Shown here: in pieces, positions 41,455-51,858 of the stretch
How positions within the stretch are numbered: the stretch's first letter is position 1
How the letters are laid out: each line of letters begins with the position of its first letter
NCBI GenBank assembly: GCA_003224055.1
Contig: QHYE01000060.1
Location: forward strand, 739-64,738
DNA length: 64,000 nucleotides
Source of the DNA: Acidobacteriota bacterium
GTDB lineage: Bacteria > Acidobacteriota > Terriglobia > Acidiferrales > UBA7541
Reading direction: 5' to 3'
The notes under the pieces: model-generated
What the model saw: the letters and a program-made list of their open reading frames with translations, nothing else
Told to the model about the DNA's origin: nothing
The model's database searches: none
Made by a program: the position numbers and the translations under genes

Positions 41455-41719
41455 ATATCCCCCTAGTTCAAGAAAGGCGCCTGCAAGCTCCGGTTCGCCG
41501 GAGACGGGCCCTCGAGTTCACCCACCCAAGCCCACACAGCGCAAAAGCGCCAGGGGACGGGCTTCAGAGTATAGCACGCGTCGGTGGGAAGCCAGCAAGC
41601 GGCAAAAGAGTGCGAAGCAGGGCAGTTTCAGATTGTCCGACTAACTTAGCCTGTGAAAGGCACGCCGCATGGTTGATTTTGAGCGGGGTTGCCGAAAGAG
41701 TTCCAAAACTGCCAGGCGC

Positions 41720-42112
41720 CTAATCCGCAATGCTGAATTGTAAGTACGGCCTTGAGATCTTGACGATGATGTCCCGGCTGTCTTCGTCTAGTGTCGTCCG
41801 CCCTTCCTCGTCGCGGTTTGGTCGACCGACCGCCTCGAACTCGACGTCCACTTTAAAATAATGACAGTCCCGACTAACGAATGTGCGATGTAGTCCCGTA
41901 GACAGACCACCTTCCGTCGTGAAAACGCTAAGGAGGTCCTCCCGCGTCATGCCCGGTTTAATGGTCTCGATTTTTTCCAAAGCATAGGTCACCCAAGCTT
42001 CGTGGGCTTGCGAGCACGACTCCTGGCTCATGGACTTCGTAGGTCGAACAGATGTCGAACCGCTGATAGCGATGATTGAAAGCAATGTGAGCAAGAGAAG
42101 TGGTCGAATCAT
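41720..42112 (-). CDS. Hypothetical secreted protein
   Basis: Signal peptide; AAGGAG RBS. Confidence 0.7.
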   Translation of the reverse strand: MIRPLLLLTLLSIIAISGSTSVRPTKSMSQESCSQAHEAWVTYALEKIETIKPGMTREDLLSVFTTEGGLSTGLHRTFVSRDCHYFKVDVEFEAVGRPNRDEEGRTTLDEDSRDIIVKISRPYLQFSIAD

Positions 42113-42181
42113 GGATTGCTCTCCTTTTGCAAATAACGCAAAGACTCCGGATTGGTGGCCCCTCTGAATTGAGTCAAGGGC

Positions 42182-42907
42182 TCAGGAGCTCAAACCAAGT
42201 TCGCCTTTCGGACCGGTGATGTGGGCGCGAAGGCGGTCTCTGTCGCTGCGTTCGACGGCGGCATCGACTCCGATGCGCTGGAAGACCCGGGACAATTCGG
42301 CGGGGTCCAGGCCCATCACCGTGAAATAGTCAAGGTCGCACTTTTTGGGAGCATCCTTCGAGGGATGGACGGAGTCCGCGCTCCATTCGATGAAGAAGGG
42401 GAGGATGCCGTGGCGGTCGTCGGCGAGATTAATGGTTTTCCAATTGAGGACGCGGCCATCGGGACGTTTTCTTGAGCCGCCATCCGGGCCCTGAAAGGCG
42501 ATTTGATTGTCCCGCAGGAGTTTCGCGGTGGCGGCGATATCGGGTGGATGAACGGCCCAACCGATGAGGCGCGGTTCTTTCATTTGGCGGATTTGCGGGA
42601 AGTGGACGATTTTCTGCTGCGCGGGATCCGGGGCGATGACTTCCAGGTAACGGCGCTCGCCGAGAGAAAGCAGGGCGTTGCGCGTGCCGCGGCCGGGATG
42701 GACTCCGCCGATCGCGGGGCGCACGCCAGTGTTTTGCTCGACGAGATCCATGCCGAGATCGAGGTCGTTGCAGCCGAGAATGATGTGATCGAGCAAAGCG
42801 GGCACATCGTCTTCTTCCGCGTCGTCCGCGGCCCAGGATAGGGACGGGGCTGCGAGCGCGGCACCGGTGAGCGCGAGAAAAATACGGCGTGAGTGCGGCT
42901 GCGACAT
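42182..42907 (-). CDS. VOC/glyoxalase-like family protein with Tat-like signal
   Basis: SRRIFL; LDHIILG, GGVHPGRGTRNALL, YLEVIAPDP, LPFFIEW. Confidence 0.85.
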   Translation of the reverse strand: MSQPHSRRIFLALTGAALAAPSLSWAADDAEEDDVPALLDHIILGCNDLDLGMDLVEQNTGVRPAIGGVHPGRGTRNALLSLGERRYLEVIAPDPAQQKIVHFPQIRQMKEPRLIGWAVHPPDIAATAKLLRDNQIAFQGPDGGSRKRPDGRVLNWKTINLADDRHGILPFFIEWSADSVHPSKDAPKKCDLDYFTVMGLDPAELSRVFQRIGVDAAVERSDRDRLRAHITGPKGELGLSS

Positions 42908-42942
42908 TCGTGACCTCCCGGGAGTGGTGCGCGCTCGTCTGG

Positions 42943-43599
42943 CTAGAGCGAAATTTCCGAAGTGCGCTGGCCGCGCTTGCTTAAATAATGATGCCAGAAA
43001 AGCCGAGCGGCGACGGCGCGGTACGGACGCCAGGGCTCGCTGAGTTTTTCCAGACGGTCCGGCGAAGGGCGCTTGCGGAGTTGCTTCACTTCTTGCACCG
43101 CCGTGGCCAGAGCCAAATCGCCGACCGGCCAGATATCGGGCCGCCGAAGCGCGCTCAGTAGATAGATGTCCGCGGTCCAATTTCCGATGCCTTTGAAGGC
43201 GATGAGCATTTTGCGGGCGGCATCGTCGTGCAGTTCGTGGAGGTAACGGAGATCGAAGTGGCGGCGGGAGAGCGATTCGGCGAGGAGGCGGGTGTAAAGA
43301 GTTTCTTGGCGGCTGAAGCCGATGCGTAGCAACTCCGCGTCGGTAAGTTTCAAAAAGCCACGCGGAGTGAGTGGACGAACGGCGGAGTTGAGCCGATCGA
43401 ATGCAGCTTTTGCGGAAGCGAGAGAAACCTGCTGCTCGAGAATGATGTAGACGAGGGTGAGGAAGCCGGGCTCGCGGACCCAGAGAGGAGGCTGGCCGTA
43501 TTTTCTCACGACCGCAGCGAGATGGGAATCGCGATCCGTAAGAAAACGCACACTTTGCGCGAAGAAATCTTCGCTCGTGATGGTTTGCGGGAGTTGCAA
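42943..43599 (-). CDS. DNA-3-methyladenine glycosylase II (AlkA-like HhH-GPD)
   Basis: ILEQQVSLASA, KGIGNWTADIYLL, DIWPVGDLAL, WRPYRAVAARLFW. Confidence 0.9.
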   Translation of the reverse strand: MQLPQTITSEDFFAQSVRFLTDRDSHLAAVVRKYGQPPLWVREPGFLTLVYIILEQQVSLASAKAAFDRLNSAVRPLTPRGFLKLTDAELLRIGFSRQETLYTRLLAESLSRRHFDLRYLHELHDDAARKMLIAFKGIGNWTADIYLLSALRRPDIWPVGDLALATAVQEVKQLRKRPSPDRLEKLSEPWRPYRAVAARLFWHHYLSKRGQRTSEISL

Positions 43600-43629
43600 G
43601 GCGAGATTCCGTGTGGCCCTTGAAAGCGC

Positions 43630-45585
43630 TTAGCTCGTCGCGCGGGATTCGACTTCGCGCTGGAGCGATTCGATGACTTCGGTGAGAGGCTTGGGGCCGA
43701 GGTCGCCTTTGGTGCGATGGCGGACGGAGACGGTGCCGGCTTCAGCCTCCTTGGCGCCAACCACGAGCATGTAGGGAATTTTTTGCATCTGCGCGTCGCG
43801 GATTTTTGCGGGCAATTTTTCGTTGCGGTCGTCGAGATGAACGCGCAGGTTGTGGCGCTTCAATGTTTCGGTGACGTGCTTGGCGTAATCGGCGACTTTT
43901 TCGCTGACGGGGCAAACTTCGACCTGCACGGGCGCGAGCCACAGCGGGAACGCGCCGGCATAGTGCTCGATCAAAATGCCGAAGAAGCGCTCGACGGAGC
44001 CGAGCAGCGCGCGGTGGACCATGAGCGGCTGATGCTTCGCGCCGTCTTCGGCGACATACTGCAGGCCGAAGCGGGCGGGCAAATTAAAATCAAACTGCAC
44101 GGTGGTGAGCTGCCAGGGGCGGCCGATGGCGTCAATTAATTTGATGTCGATCTTGGGGCCGTAGAACGCGGCTTCGCCGGTGATGGTCTTGTAGGGAATG
44201 TTCATGCGCTTCATGGTTTCCGCGAGAGCGGCAGTGGCGCGGCGCCAATCCTCAGGCTTACCGGCGTAGTTTTCCAGATGAGAAGAATCCCAATCGGAGA
44301 GCTCGACTTCGAACTTGTCGAAGCCGAAGTTTTTCATGACGGCGAAGGCGAAATCCACGCAGGCTTCTACTTCGGATTCGATTTGATCGGGCGTGCAGAA
44401 GATATGCGCGTCATCCTGCGTGAAGCCGCGGACTCGGAGCAAGCCGTGGAGGACGCCGCTGCGTTCGTAGCGATAGACGGTACCGAGCTCGGCGAGCCGC
44501 ACGGGAAGGTCGCGGTAGCTGTGGAGCTTTGCTTTGTATATCAAAATGTGGCCGGGGCAATTCATGGGCTTGAGCTGATAGTCGGCCTTTTCGACCTCAA
44601 CGGGACCGAACATGCTGTCCTTGTAAAAGCCGGTGTGGCCGCTGGTCTTCCAAAGATCGAGGCGCATGATATGCGGTGTGTAGACGAGGTCGTAGCCGCG
44701 CTTCAGCAATTCGTCGCGCAGCCAGTCTTCGACAATCTTTCGAATGAGGCCGCCTTTGGGGTGCCAGAAGATGAGGCCGGGGCCGGCTTCTTCCTGGATG
44801 CTGAAGAGGTCGAGTTCTGTGCCAAGCTTGCGGTGATCGCGGCGCTTGGCCTCTTCCAGGCGGTGGAGGTGTTCGTCGAGTTCTTTCTGCGTGAAGAACG
44901 CGATGGCGTAAATGCGCTGAAGCTGCGGATTGCCTTCCTGACCTTTCCAGTACGCGCCGGCCACGCTCATCAATTTGAACGCTTGAATACGTTTCGTGGA
45001 AGGAATGTGCGGACCGCGGCAGAAATCGATGAATTTTCCGGTGGTGTAAAAAGAAACCATCGGCTCGCTGACTTTCTCTTCGACGAGCTCGCACTTAAAA
45101 ATTTGATTTGTTTTTTTGTAAAGAGCGAGCGCTTCCGGCTTGGGCATGAGTTTGCGCTCGTTCGGCAGATCCTGGGCGGCAAGCTCGTGCATTTTCTTTT
45201 CGATTTTCGCGAGGTCCTCCGGCGTGAATGGTTCGTCGTGCAAGAATTCGTAGAAAAAACCGGTGTCGATGGGCGGACCGATGCCGAGTTTCACGTTGGG
45301 ATAAAGCTCCATCACCGCGGCGGCGAGGAGATGCGCTGCGGAATGCCGGAAAACAAAAAGCGAGTCGGGGTCTTTTTCGGTGAGGATGCGCAGCTTGACG
45401 TCTTGCTCGAGGGGACGGCGCAGATCGATCAGCTCGCCTTCACCGTCGTTGGGAGCGGCCACGCGCGCGACCAGAGCGGCGTCGGCGAGGCGCGGCGAAA
45501 TGCTCCGCGCAATCTCGGCGGGCGTGGTGCCCTTGGGGACATCCTTAACACTGCCATCCGGCAGTGTGACGTGAATCTGCTCCAT
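43630..45585 (-). CDS. thrS: Threonine-tRNA ligase
   Basis: TGS domain, RHSAAHLLA, DFCRGPH, RDHRKLG, KPMNCPGH, GEAAFYGPKID. Confidence 0.98.
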   Translation of the reverse strand: MEQIHVTLPDGSVKDVPKGTTPAEIARSISPRLADAALVARVAAPNDGEGELIDLRRPLEQDVKLRILTEKDPDSLFVFRHSAAHLLAAAVMELYPNVKLGIGPPIDTGFFYEFLHDEPFTPEDLAKIEKKMHELAAQDLPNERKLMPKPEALALYKKTNQIFKCELVEEKVSEPMVSFYTTGKFIDFCRGPHIPSTKRIQAFKLMSVAGAYWKGQEGNPQLQRIYAIAFFTQKELDEHLHRLEEAKRRDHRKLGTELDLFSIQEEAGPGLIFWHPKGGLIRKIVEDWLRDELLKRGYDLVYTPHIMRLDLWKTSGHTGFYKDSMFGPVEVEKADYQLKPMNCPGHILIYKAKLHSYRDLPVRLAELGTVYRYERSGVLHGLLRVRGFTQDDAHIFCTPDQIESEVEACVDFAFAVMKNFGFDKFEVELSDWDSSHLENYAGKPEDWRRATAALAETMKRMNIPYKTITGEAAFYGPKIDIKLIDAIGRPWQLTTVQFDFNLPARFGLQYVAEDGAKHQPLMVHRALLGSVERFFGILIEHYAGAFPLWLAPVQVEVCPVSEKVADYAKHVTETLKRHNLRVHLDDRNEKLPAKIRDAQMQKIPYMLVVGAKEAEAGTVSVRHRTKGDLGPKPLTEVIESLQREVESRATS

Positions 45586-45695
45586 GGACGCGGCCACCTG
45601 AAAAGAGAAACATCAAGCTTATCGGCGGCTCACAGTCCGGTCAAGGCGGAGCCCATGGCAGAGAGATGCTAAGTAGGAGCGAGAACTTTGCAGAA

Positions 45696-46100
45696 CTAGA
45701 GAACGATTACGCCAGGCAAATCCGTGAAGTGCGCGTCCGACGTGATCAGCACCGCTTGATGGGCTTGCGCGGTGGCGTAGATGATCGCGTCCGCCATCGG
45801 CAAGCTCGAAGCCAAGCTCTTCCTCGTTGCCAATGCGGCCAGGGAGACGTCCAGAGCGATCTCACGTTCCTGAAAGCCGAAGGCGGTCGACAGAAACCAT
45901 TCCGCCAGCACCAGCCTTTGCTCGCGCAGCATCTTCTTGTAGACCTCATAAACGATGATTGTGGGAAGCAGGAGGGTTTCCGGGACTTCTAGATACTTTG
46001 CGAAAGCGTCGGCTTTGGAACCGTTGCCCAGGTACTCGACCCAACCGGAGGAGTCCACCACATACTTCTCAGAATCGCTCAGTGTGGTCACGGTCCTCAT
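45696..46100 (-). CDS. vapC: VapC PIN-domain toxin
   Basis: VVDSSGWVEY, PTIIVYEVYK, LPMADAIIYATA, TSDAHF. Start uncertain. Confidence 0.9.
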   Translation of the reverse strand: MRTVTTLSDSEKYVVDSSGWVEYLGNGSKADAFAKYLEVPETLLLPTIIVYEVYKKMLREQRLVLAEWFLSTAFGFQEREIALDVSLAALATRKSLASSLPMADAIIYATAQAHQAVLITSDAHFTDLPGVIVL

Positions 46101-46281
46101 CCTTCCACTGCATGCCCTTGGCGATGCCGCGGAGGTCTTTGATGGATCGGGGCTTACTGAAGCGAATACTGCCGTCGAATACGTAAACGATAAGCTCTTG
46201 GCCAGGCTTTAGCTGAAGCTGCTCGCGGACGCGCTTGGGGATGACGACCTGGAACTTGGGAGATACTTTTACGGTTTCCAT
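46069..46281 (-). CDS. AbrB/MazE-family antitoxin
   Basis: METVKVSPKFQVVIPKRVREQLQLKPGQEL. Confidence 0.92.
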   Translation of the reverse strand: METVKVSPKFQVVIPKRVREQLQLKPGQELIVYVFDGSIRFSKPRSIKDLRGIAKGMQWKDEDRDHTERF

Positions 46282-46433
46282 AGAGTTGCTCTACGCCTAT
46301 TCTATCGATCTAAGATGTGTATGTCAAATACAGTATCGATTGGCTAGCAAGTCATACCAAATTTGGGTCGATGATCAATCGTATGACGTCATTCCTGCCC
46401 CTTTGTACCCAGTGCTGGGAGCCAAGGCGAGGA

Positions 46434-47894
46434 CTAGCGTTGGGTGGATGTTCCGAGGATGGCGCTGAATTCTGGAGTGCCGCGGAGTTTCGCAAAGGCG
46501 GGCTCTTCGTTCAGCCATTCCGCGAAGCGGCCAGGGTTTTTCGTTTTCGACTTGGCACGGCGGAGCGCGTTTATCGTGCCTTTACGGTCTCCGTCCAGCG
46601 CTCTGGCCACTGCCAGATTGCCGAGGGCCCACATGGAATCGGGGTCGGCAATGCTGGCCAACTCAAAATAGTCTTTCGCGTGACTCGCATCTTTCTGATC
46701 TAGACGCGCATTTCCCATTTCCATGGCCTGAACCAGCAAGCCCGCAACAGCCCGTTTTATAACGCGCAATTTTTCCTCGCGCTTCTCGTTTTCGGCACGG
46801 CCGCGGAGGGCGGCGAGCTGTTTTTCCACCGTGTCATGAATGACCGGACGGTTGGGCGGGTTTTGCTGCAATTCGAAAAGCCCGGCAGAAATTTCCCGAC
46901 TCAAATCTTCTTGCTCCGTGAATTCCTGTTTCTCCCGCTTCGCGCCGTCGCGAACAGCCTTGTCCTTTTCCAACGCATCGGCTCGCGCACGAAGGGCAGC
47001 GTTATCGGCGAGTCCCGCAAGCATCTGCGCGGCTTGACGATATTCTTTCCAGGTGGCGTAGAGATCGCCGGATTGCTCGAGCGCACGTGCGCGATCGGTT
47101 TCCTTGGCGGCCTGCAAAACAATGAACGAATCGTCTCGGCCTTCCCGGCCGTTCTTCATGGCCTGCAATCGAAACCACGCAAGCCCTTCCTCCATGGTGG
47201 CGGCAGGTGCCCATTGATGCGGTCCTTCGAACGGCCGTAAGAAATGCTGGTAGCCCAGCTTTTCCAATTCTTCGTCCGTGCGCACATCCTCGGGATAGTT
47301 GAAATCGTAGGTACCCACGGCGGCGAAGACTACGAAGGGGGCGTCTTTCGAATCGAACGCAATGGGATGAAATCCTGCACCATTGAGGAGCACGCCAGCC
47401 GCGTATTTGCAGACTTGCGCGATCTGTGCGGCTACGCGCGCACCGCCAGAAAATCCAGCGAGATAGACGCGGCGGTCGTCAATGGATAACCGCGCGTGCG
47501 TATCCTGGACGATGGCTTCGGCTGCCTCGGCCTCAATCTTCCACGAGCCGTTCCGGGAATTGTTCGAACCCACGAGAATATAGCCATGCCGTTCGGCAGC
47601 TTCCTTCATCAACTCAAGAGGCGCGCTGCCGCGCGCACCCGGATCAAATGCGTAAACGATGGGCCAGCGCTTGTCCGGTACATATTGAGAGGGAAGATAA
47701 AGGGCGTAGCTCTGTTCCGGCTGCTTCGTGGCAGCGACGCGAGGAAGGATCACGCCGGTTTGCAAAGGCGGGGGCCTCTCACCGGGTACCCGGCCCTGTT
47801 GGGGCAGAAGCGGGCTGGCGATAAAAGAGAGTGCCGCGAGAAGTAGTCTGAAATTTGGCAAACCGTTTCTTCCTCCCTTAGACGCACGGGACAA
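46434..47894 (-). CDS. Secreted alpha/beta-hydrolase with C-terminal TPR-like region
   Basis: YALYLPS, YLAGFSGGARVA (GxSxG), FEGPHQW. Confidence 0.8.
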   Translation of the reverse strand: MSRASKGGRNGLPNFRLLLAALSFIASPLLPQQGRVPGERPPPLQTGVILPRVAATKQPEQSYALYLPSQYVPDKRWPIVYAFDPGARGSAPLELMKEAAERHGYILVGSNNSRNGSWKIEAEAAEAIVQDTHARLSIDDRRVYLAGFSGGARVAAQIAQVCKYAAGVLLNGAGFHPIAFDSKDAPFVVFAAVGTYDFNYPEDVRTDEELEKLGYQHFLRPFEGPHQWAPAATMEEGLAWFRLQAMKNGREGRDDSFIVLQAAKETDRARALEQSGDLYATWKEYRQAAQMLAGLADNAALRARADALEKDKAVRDGAKREKQEFTEQEDLSREISAGLFELQQNPPNRPVIHDTVEKQLAALRGRAENEKREEKLRVIKRAVAGLLVQAMEMGNARLDQKDASHAKDYFELASIADPDSMWALGNLAVARALDGDRKGTINALRRAKSKTKNPGRFAEWLNEEPAFAKLRGTPEFSAILGTSTQR

Positions 47895-48018
47895 AACCGG
47901 GAGAGCACGGAATCACCGCTCTGCGGGTCGGGCGCCATTTATGCACGTTTCGTTCCCCCTCCTCTACAGGGTAAACTCTTCGTTTCTTCGGTGGCATTGA
48001 AATTACAGAGGCCTGCGA

Positions 48019-49413
48019 ATGAAACGATTCACGACGCAATCATTGTCTGCACTCTTGATGCTCGTACCGATGCTGGCGAGCGGAGCGCAGCAGACCAAAA
48101 CGCTGCCGCAGCCGGACGAGCGGTTCAAGGTGGACATTTTGCTTGTGGTGGCGCATCCCGACGACGAGGGTGCGGCTACTCCTTATCTGGCGCGGGCGCT
48201 GGACGAGCATAGGCGAATCGCTGTCGCGTTTGGCACGCGTGGCAGCAGCGGCGCGAATGAAGCGGGCGCGGAGCAAGCTGCGGCGCTCGGCGACATCCGC
48301 GAGATTGAAGCGCGGAACGCCCTCGCAACACTTGGGATTACAAACGTTTGGTTTCTTGGCGGTAAGGATACCGCTTCGCAGAATGTTCTGCAGTCGCTTG
48401 CAAACTGGGGGCACGGCCCTTGGCTCGAGCAACTGGTCCGTCTCGTTCGCTTGACTCGCCCCGAAGTGATTCTGACTTTCTTGCCCGGCACGTTCATTGG
48501 CGAGGATCACGGCGACCACCAAGCTTCCGGCGTGCTCGCAACGGAAGCGTTCGATCTTGCCGGGGATCCCGCGGTGTTCCCGGAGCAAGTTGCGGGACCG
48601 ACCAAGCGCCTCGAACCGTTTTTCGAAAATCTACGGCCGTGGCAGGTGAAGAAAATCTATTACTTTCCCGATGCAGAGCGGGAAGACATTTTTCGCGGCA
48701 AAGGCCCGGAATATTCCGTCAAGGACATTTCCAAGTCGTCGAAGCAGCCTTATTGGCGCATGGCGCTGGATTCGTTCCGCTCCCACCAGACCCAGGCGAA
48801 ATCCTTTCTCGACACGCTCTCCCAGATGGACGAAGCGCAAATCGAAAAAATAGCCACGTCCGATGGCGGGTGGACGGACGCACAGCATTTCGTGCTCGGC
48901 AAGTCGCTGGTTGGAGGCAGCGCAAGCGGGGATATTTTCGAGGGCGTCACGCCAGCCGCAATTCCCTTTGCCCGGCCGGAATTCTTGCCCGAGCCTTCGC
49001 GGCCGGACTTGTCCGTCGAGCTGGACGGCCCGTGGAGCTATTACGCCGAGTTCCGGCGCGCGCATGGACTCACGCATCTGCCGCATCCGGAACCGCCGGA
49101 GATTGCGCTTCAAGCTCCCGGCATGCTCGTGATTCCCTTGTGGCTCCGCAATCGAACGGCGAAAACACAGGAAATCACGCTCACGGCAACTCTGCCTGCA
49201 GGATGGACGGCGCAAAGCGGCACAGGGAAATTCTCAGTGGCGGCGAAACAGACGGCAGCGGCGCGATTGGAAGTAAATTTGCCGGGGCTGGCGGAGAATG
49301 TGCCGAAGAAATTAGAAGCGCAGGAAGTCATCGTTCACGCCGAGTCGAATGGGCAAAGCATCGGCGACGTCAAACTGCGCGTCGAACTCCGCAAGCGGGC
49401 GTTGCCGCAATAG
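48019..49413 (+). CDS. PIG-L/LmbE-family deacetylase (secreted, C-terminal Ig-like domain)
   Basis: VVAHPDDE, TRG, HGDHQA motifs. Confidence 0.88.
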   Translation: MKRFTTQSLSALLMLVPMLASGAQQTKTLPQPDERFKVDILLVVAHPDDEGAATPYLARALDEHRRIAVAFGTRGSSGANEAGAEQAAALGDIREIEARNALATLGITNVWFLGGKDTASQNVLQSLANWGHGPWLEQLVRLVRLTRPEVILTFLPGTFIGEDHGDHQASGVLATEAFDLAGDPAVFPEQVAGPTKRLEPFFENLRPWQVKKIYYFPDAEREDIFRGKGPEYSVKDISKSSKQPYWRMALDSFRSHQTQAKSFLDTLSQMDEAQIEKIATSDGGWTDAQHFVLGKSLVGGSASGDIFEGVTPAAIPFARPEFLPEPSRPDLSVELDGPWSYYAEFRRAHGLTHLPHPEPPEIALQAPGMLVIPLWLRNRTAKTQEITLTATLPAGWTAQSGTGKFSVAAKQTAAARLEVNLPGLAENVPKKLEAQEVIVHAESNGQSIGDVKLRVELRKRALPQ

Positions 49414-49419
49414 CCAGCT

Positions 49420-50274
49420 TCAGGATTTTTTCGCCCGGGCGGCTTCCATGGCCTCCCAGGCAGCTTCGGGCAGCATGAGAAGATCATTGAACTCGCCGGC
49501 GCCGCGCAGCCATTGCCCGCCGTCGATGACCACGCATTCTCCGTTGATGAATTCCGCCATGTCGCTCAGCAGAAACGCCGCCAGATTTGCCAGCTCCTCG
49601 TGCTTTCCGAAGCGCTTCATCGGGTGCTTATCCTTGGTGTGTTCCTCGAACGGCTTTGACGGCATCAAGCGCGACCAGGCGCCTTCCGTCGGAAAGGGTC
49701 CCGGCGCGATGGCGTTCAGCCGGATGTGAAATTTGGCCCATTCTACCGCCAGCGAGGTCGTCATTGCGAGTACACCAGCCTTGGCGCAAGCCGACGGCAC
49801 GACGAATCCCGAGCCGCAATTTGCCGCCGCATAGGTGGTCACGATATTGAGCACGTTTCCGCCCAGCTTCCGAGAAATCCAGCGCTTGCCAAAGACCTGC
49901 GTGCAGTGAAAAGTTCCGTTGAGCACGATTCCAACTACGGCATTGAAGGCGTTGGGCGTGAGCTTTTCCGTCCGGGCCATGAAATTGCCTGCGGCGTTGT
50001 TGACGAGCGCGTTGATTTCGCCGAATTGTTCCTCGGCTTTTGCTGCCGCGGCCTCGACGGCTCCATAATCTCGCACGTCGCAAGTGGTGAAAGCCGCCGC
50101 GCCGCCCGCACGGTGGATCTCTTCGCACGTTTCGCGCAGCGGCTCTTCCCGCCGGCCGACAAGAAACATCCGCGCGCCGAGTTCGGCAAACCGCAAAGCC
50201 ATGGACCGGCCGAGCCCTGTCCCGCCACCGGTAAGAAAAATGGCCCGGCCCTTCAACAGATTTTCCTGGAACAA
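49420..50274 (-). CDS. SDR oxidoreductase, 2,4-dienoyl-CoA reductase-like
   Basis: TGGGTGLG, NNAAGNF, SACAKAGV, NAIAPGPFPTEGA. Confidence 0.9.
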   Translation of the reverse strand: MFQENLLKGRAIFLTGGGTGLGRSMALRFAELGARMFLVGRREEPLRETCEEIHRAGGAAAFTTCDVRDYGAVEAAAAKAEEQFGEINALVNNAAGNFMARTEKLTPNAFNAVVGIVLNGTFHCTQVFGKRWISRKLGGNVLNIVTTYAAANCGSGFVVPSACAKAGVLAMTTSLAVEWAKFHIRLNAIAPGPFPTEGAWSRLMPSKPFEEHTKDKHPMKRFGKHEELANLAAFLLSDMAEFINGECVVIDGGQWLRGAGEFNDLLMLPEAAWEAMEAARAKKS

Positions 50275-50389
50275 GTTTCACCGCCTCGCCCGAATGACCG
50301 GTGGTGCGTCTCCCGGCAGCAGCGCGATTCTAGTCCATCGAGAGGAAACTTGATGTCTTTTTCGAAGTGTACTTTGCTGGCGGACAATC

Positions 50390-51271
50390 TTAGGGGTGCA
50401 TCTGCGCAGGGATGATCCGCCCCATCGCTTTTGCATACTCCGCGGCGTAGAGCGAGTTTCCCGGATACTCTTCGCTTAGTTCGCGCAGAAGTTTTTGCGC
50501 CACCACATCTTTTTTTTCTCTTCGCGCAGCTAATGCCAGCAAGATTTTCGCAAAGGGCTGCAAGTACCGCCCTCCGTCGATAGTTTTTTCCAGTTGCGCC
50601 ATGCCGAGCTGCTTGTCGCCGTGGATGCCGCCGAACCAGAGCATGAAGCGCTTGCCGCCCGAAAGACTCCCGATAATGTAGTTGGCCGAGCCCAGCGCCA
50701 CGTACGCGTCGTTCGCGTCCGGCTGTTCTCTCAGCAAGGACTTGGCATATTCGTTGGCTTCCTTCAGCCGCTTCAAGCTCTCGATATGCTGCTTCTTGAG
50801 CATCATGTCCGCGTTCGATTCCATGCCGGCAGCAAGAGTCAGTGCAAATAGTGCCTCAGGGTCGCGGTTGTTTCTTGCCAGGCGGTTCTTGGCGAGTTTT
50901 CGCGCCTGGTCCAGCGCGTCCTGAAAACTCTTCATCCGCGCCGGATCGGGTTTCCCTTCAATTCCGTGCAGGAATCTCTTCTCATTGAGGAAGAAATCGC
51001 TGGAGAGCACGCCCTGGCGGAAAAGCTCCTCGAAGAGATAACTCGCCGCGACCGCTACTTCGCCGAAAGGCTCCTCCGGATGCTGCGATTCCCAATTGTC
51101 GAATTTCTCGCGGGCGCTCGAAAAATCCTGAGCGTAAAGCAGGTGGAATCCCGAGGCGAGTTCCGGAACTGTTTTGAACGCCGGGCTGTCGCCGTCTTGG
51201 TTCGAACTCGCGGGGCAGGCAGCCGCCGCGAAGAACAAAACGCAGAGCGCGCTGTGCATTCGTAAACGCAT
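50390..51271 (-). CDS. Secreted TPR-like hypothetical protein
   Basis: Signal peptide; helical repeats (DAYVALGSANY); co-oriented within the PKS cluster. Confidence 0.7.
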   Translation of the reverse strand: MRLRMHSALCVLFFAAAACPASSNQDGDSPAFKTVPELASGFHLLYAQDFSSAREKFDNWESQHPEEPFGEVAVAASYLFEELFRQGVLSSDFFLNEKRFLHGIEGKPDPARMKSFQDALDQARKLAKNRLARNNRDPEALFALTLAAGMESNADMMLKKQHIESLKRLKEANEYAKSLLREQPDANDAYVALGSANYIIGSLSGGKRFMLWFGGIHGDKQLGMAQLEKTIDGGRYLQPFAKILLALAARREKKDVVAQKLLRELSEEYPGNSLYAAEYAKAMGRIIPAQMHP

Positions 51272-51285
51272 TCGAAACCTTCGCT

Positions 51286-51858
51286 TCAGAAGAGGCCCGG
51301 CAAAAAGCGCGGCTTGCCCATCATTGCAGCGCGATAGTCGGGATTCGCAAGGAGCACGCGCTCTTCCGTGGAGAGACGCTGAGCCAGGACTCCCATGTGC
51401 ACAATCGCTCCGGCCACGGCGGTGATCCAGGCCGTGTGAATCAGCGGAAGCGCCAGCATCTCGGCGAAGACCGCGGCATAGTTAGGATGCCGGACGTAGC
51501 GAAATGGTCCGGAGGTCACGACGCCGAGGCGCGTCGAATCCATCACTTGGACGTTCCAGTGTTCCCCGAGAGTCCGAATCACCCACCAGCGGACGGCGTT
51601 TGCAGCGAGAAACACGGCAAACATCGCTGCCGCGAGCTGCGGAATAAAAGGGCGCCGCAAGAAGACGACTTCGAAAGCGGCACCCGCCAGCACCGCAGTG
51701 TGCAGCAAAACCATCCAGCGGAATTGCGGTTCGTCGACCTTCGCCGCTCCGCGCGCAACCATCTCCCGCTGGTGGCGCCTGGAAATGTGCAACTCCACGA
51801 GCCGCAGCAGAGCCACGGCGAGGAGCAACGCGAGAAACGCGATCACACTCAGGTCCAT
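51286..51858 (-). CDS. Isoprenylcysteine carboxyl methyltransferase-family protein (BpsB/SrsB-like)
   Basis: LRLVELHISRRH, WVIRTLGEHWNV, GPFRYVRHPNY; overlaps the PKS stop. Confidence 0.9.
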   Translation of the reverse strand: MDLSVIAFLALLLAVALLRLVELHISRRHQREMVARGAAKVDEPQFRWMVLLHTAVLAGAAFEVVFLRRPFIPQLAAAMFAVFLAANAVRWWVIRTLGEHWNVQVMDSTRLGVVTSGPFRYVRHPNYAAVFAEMLALPLIHTAWITAVAGAIVHMGVLAQRLSTEERVLLANPDYRAAMMGKPRFLPGLF

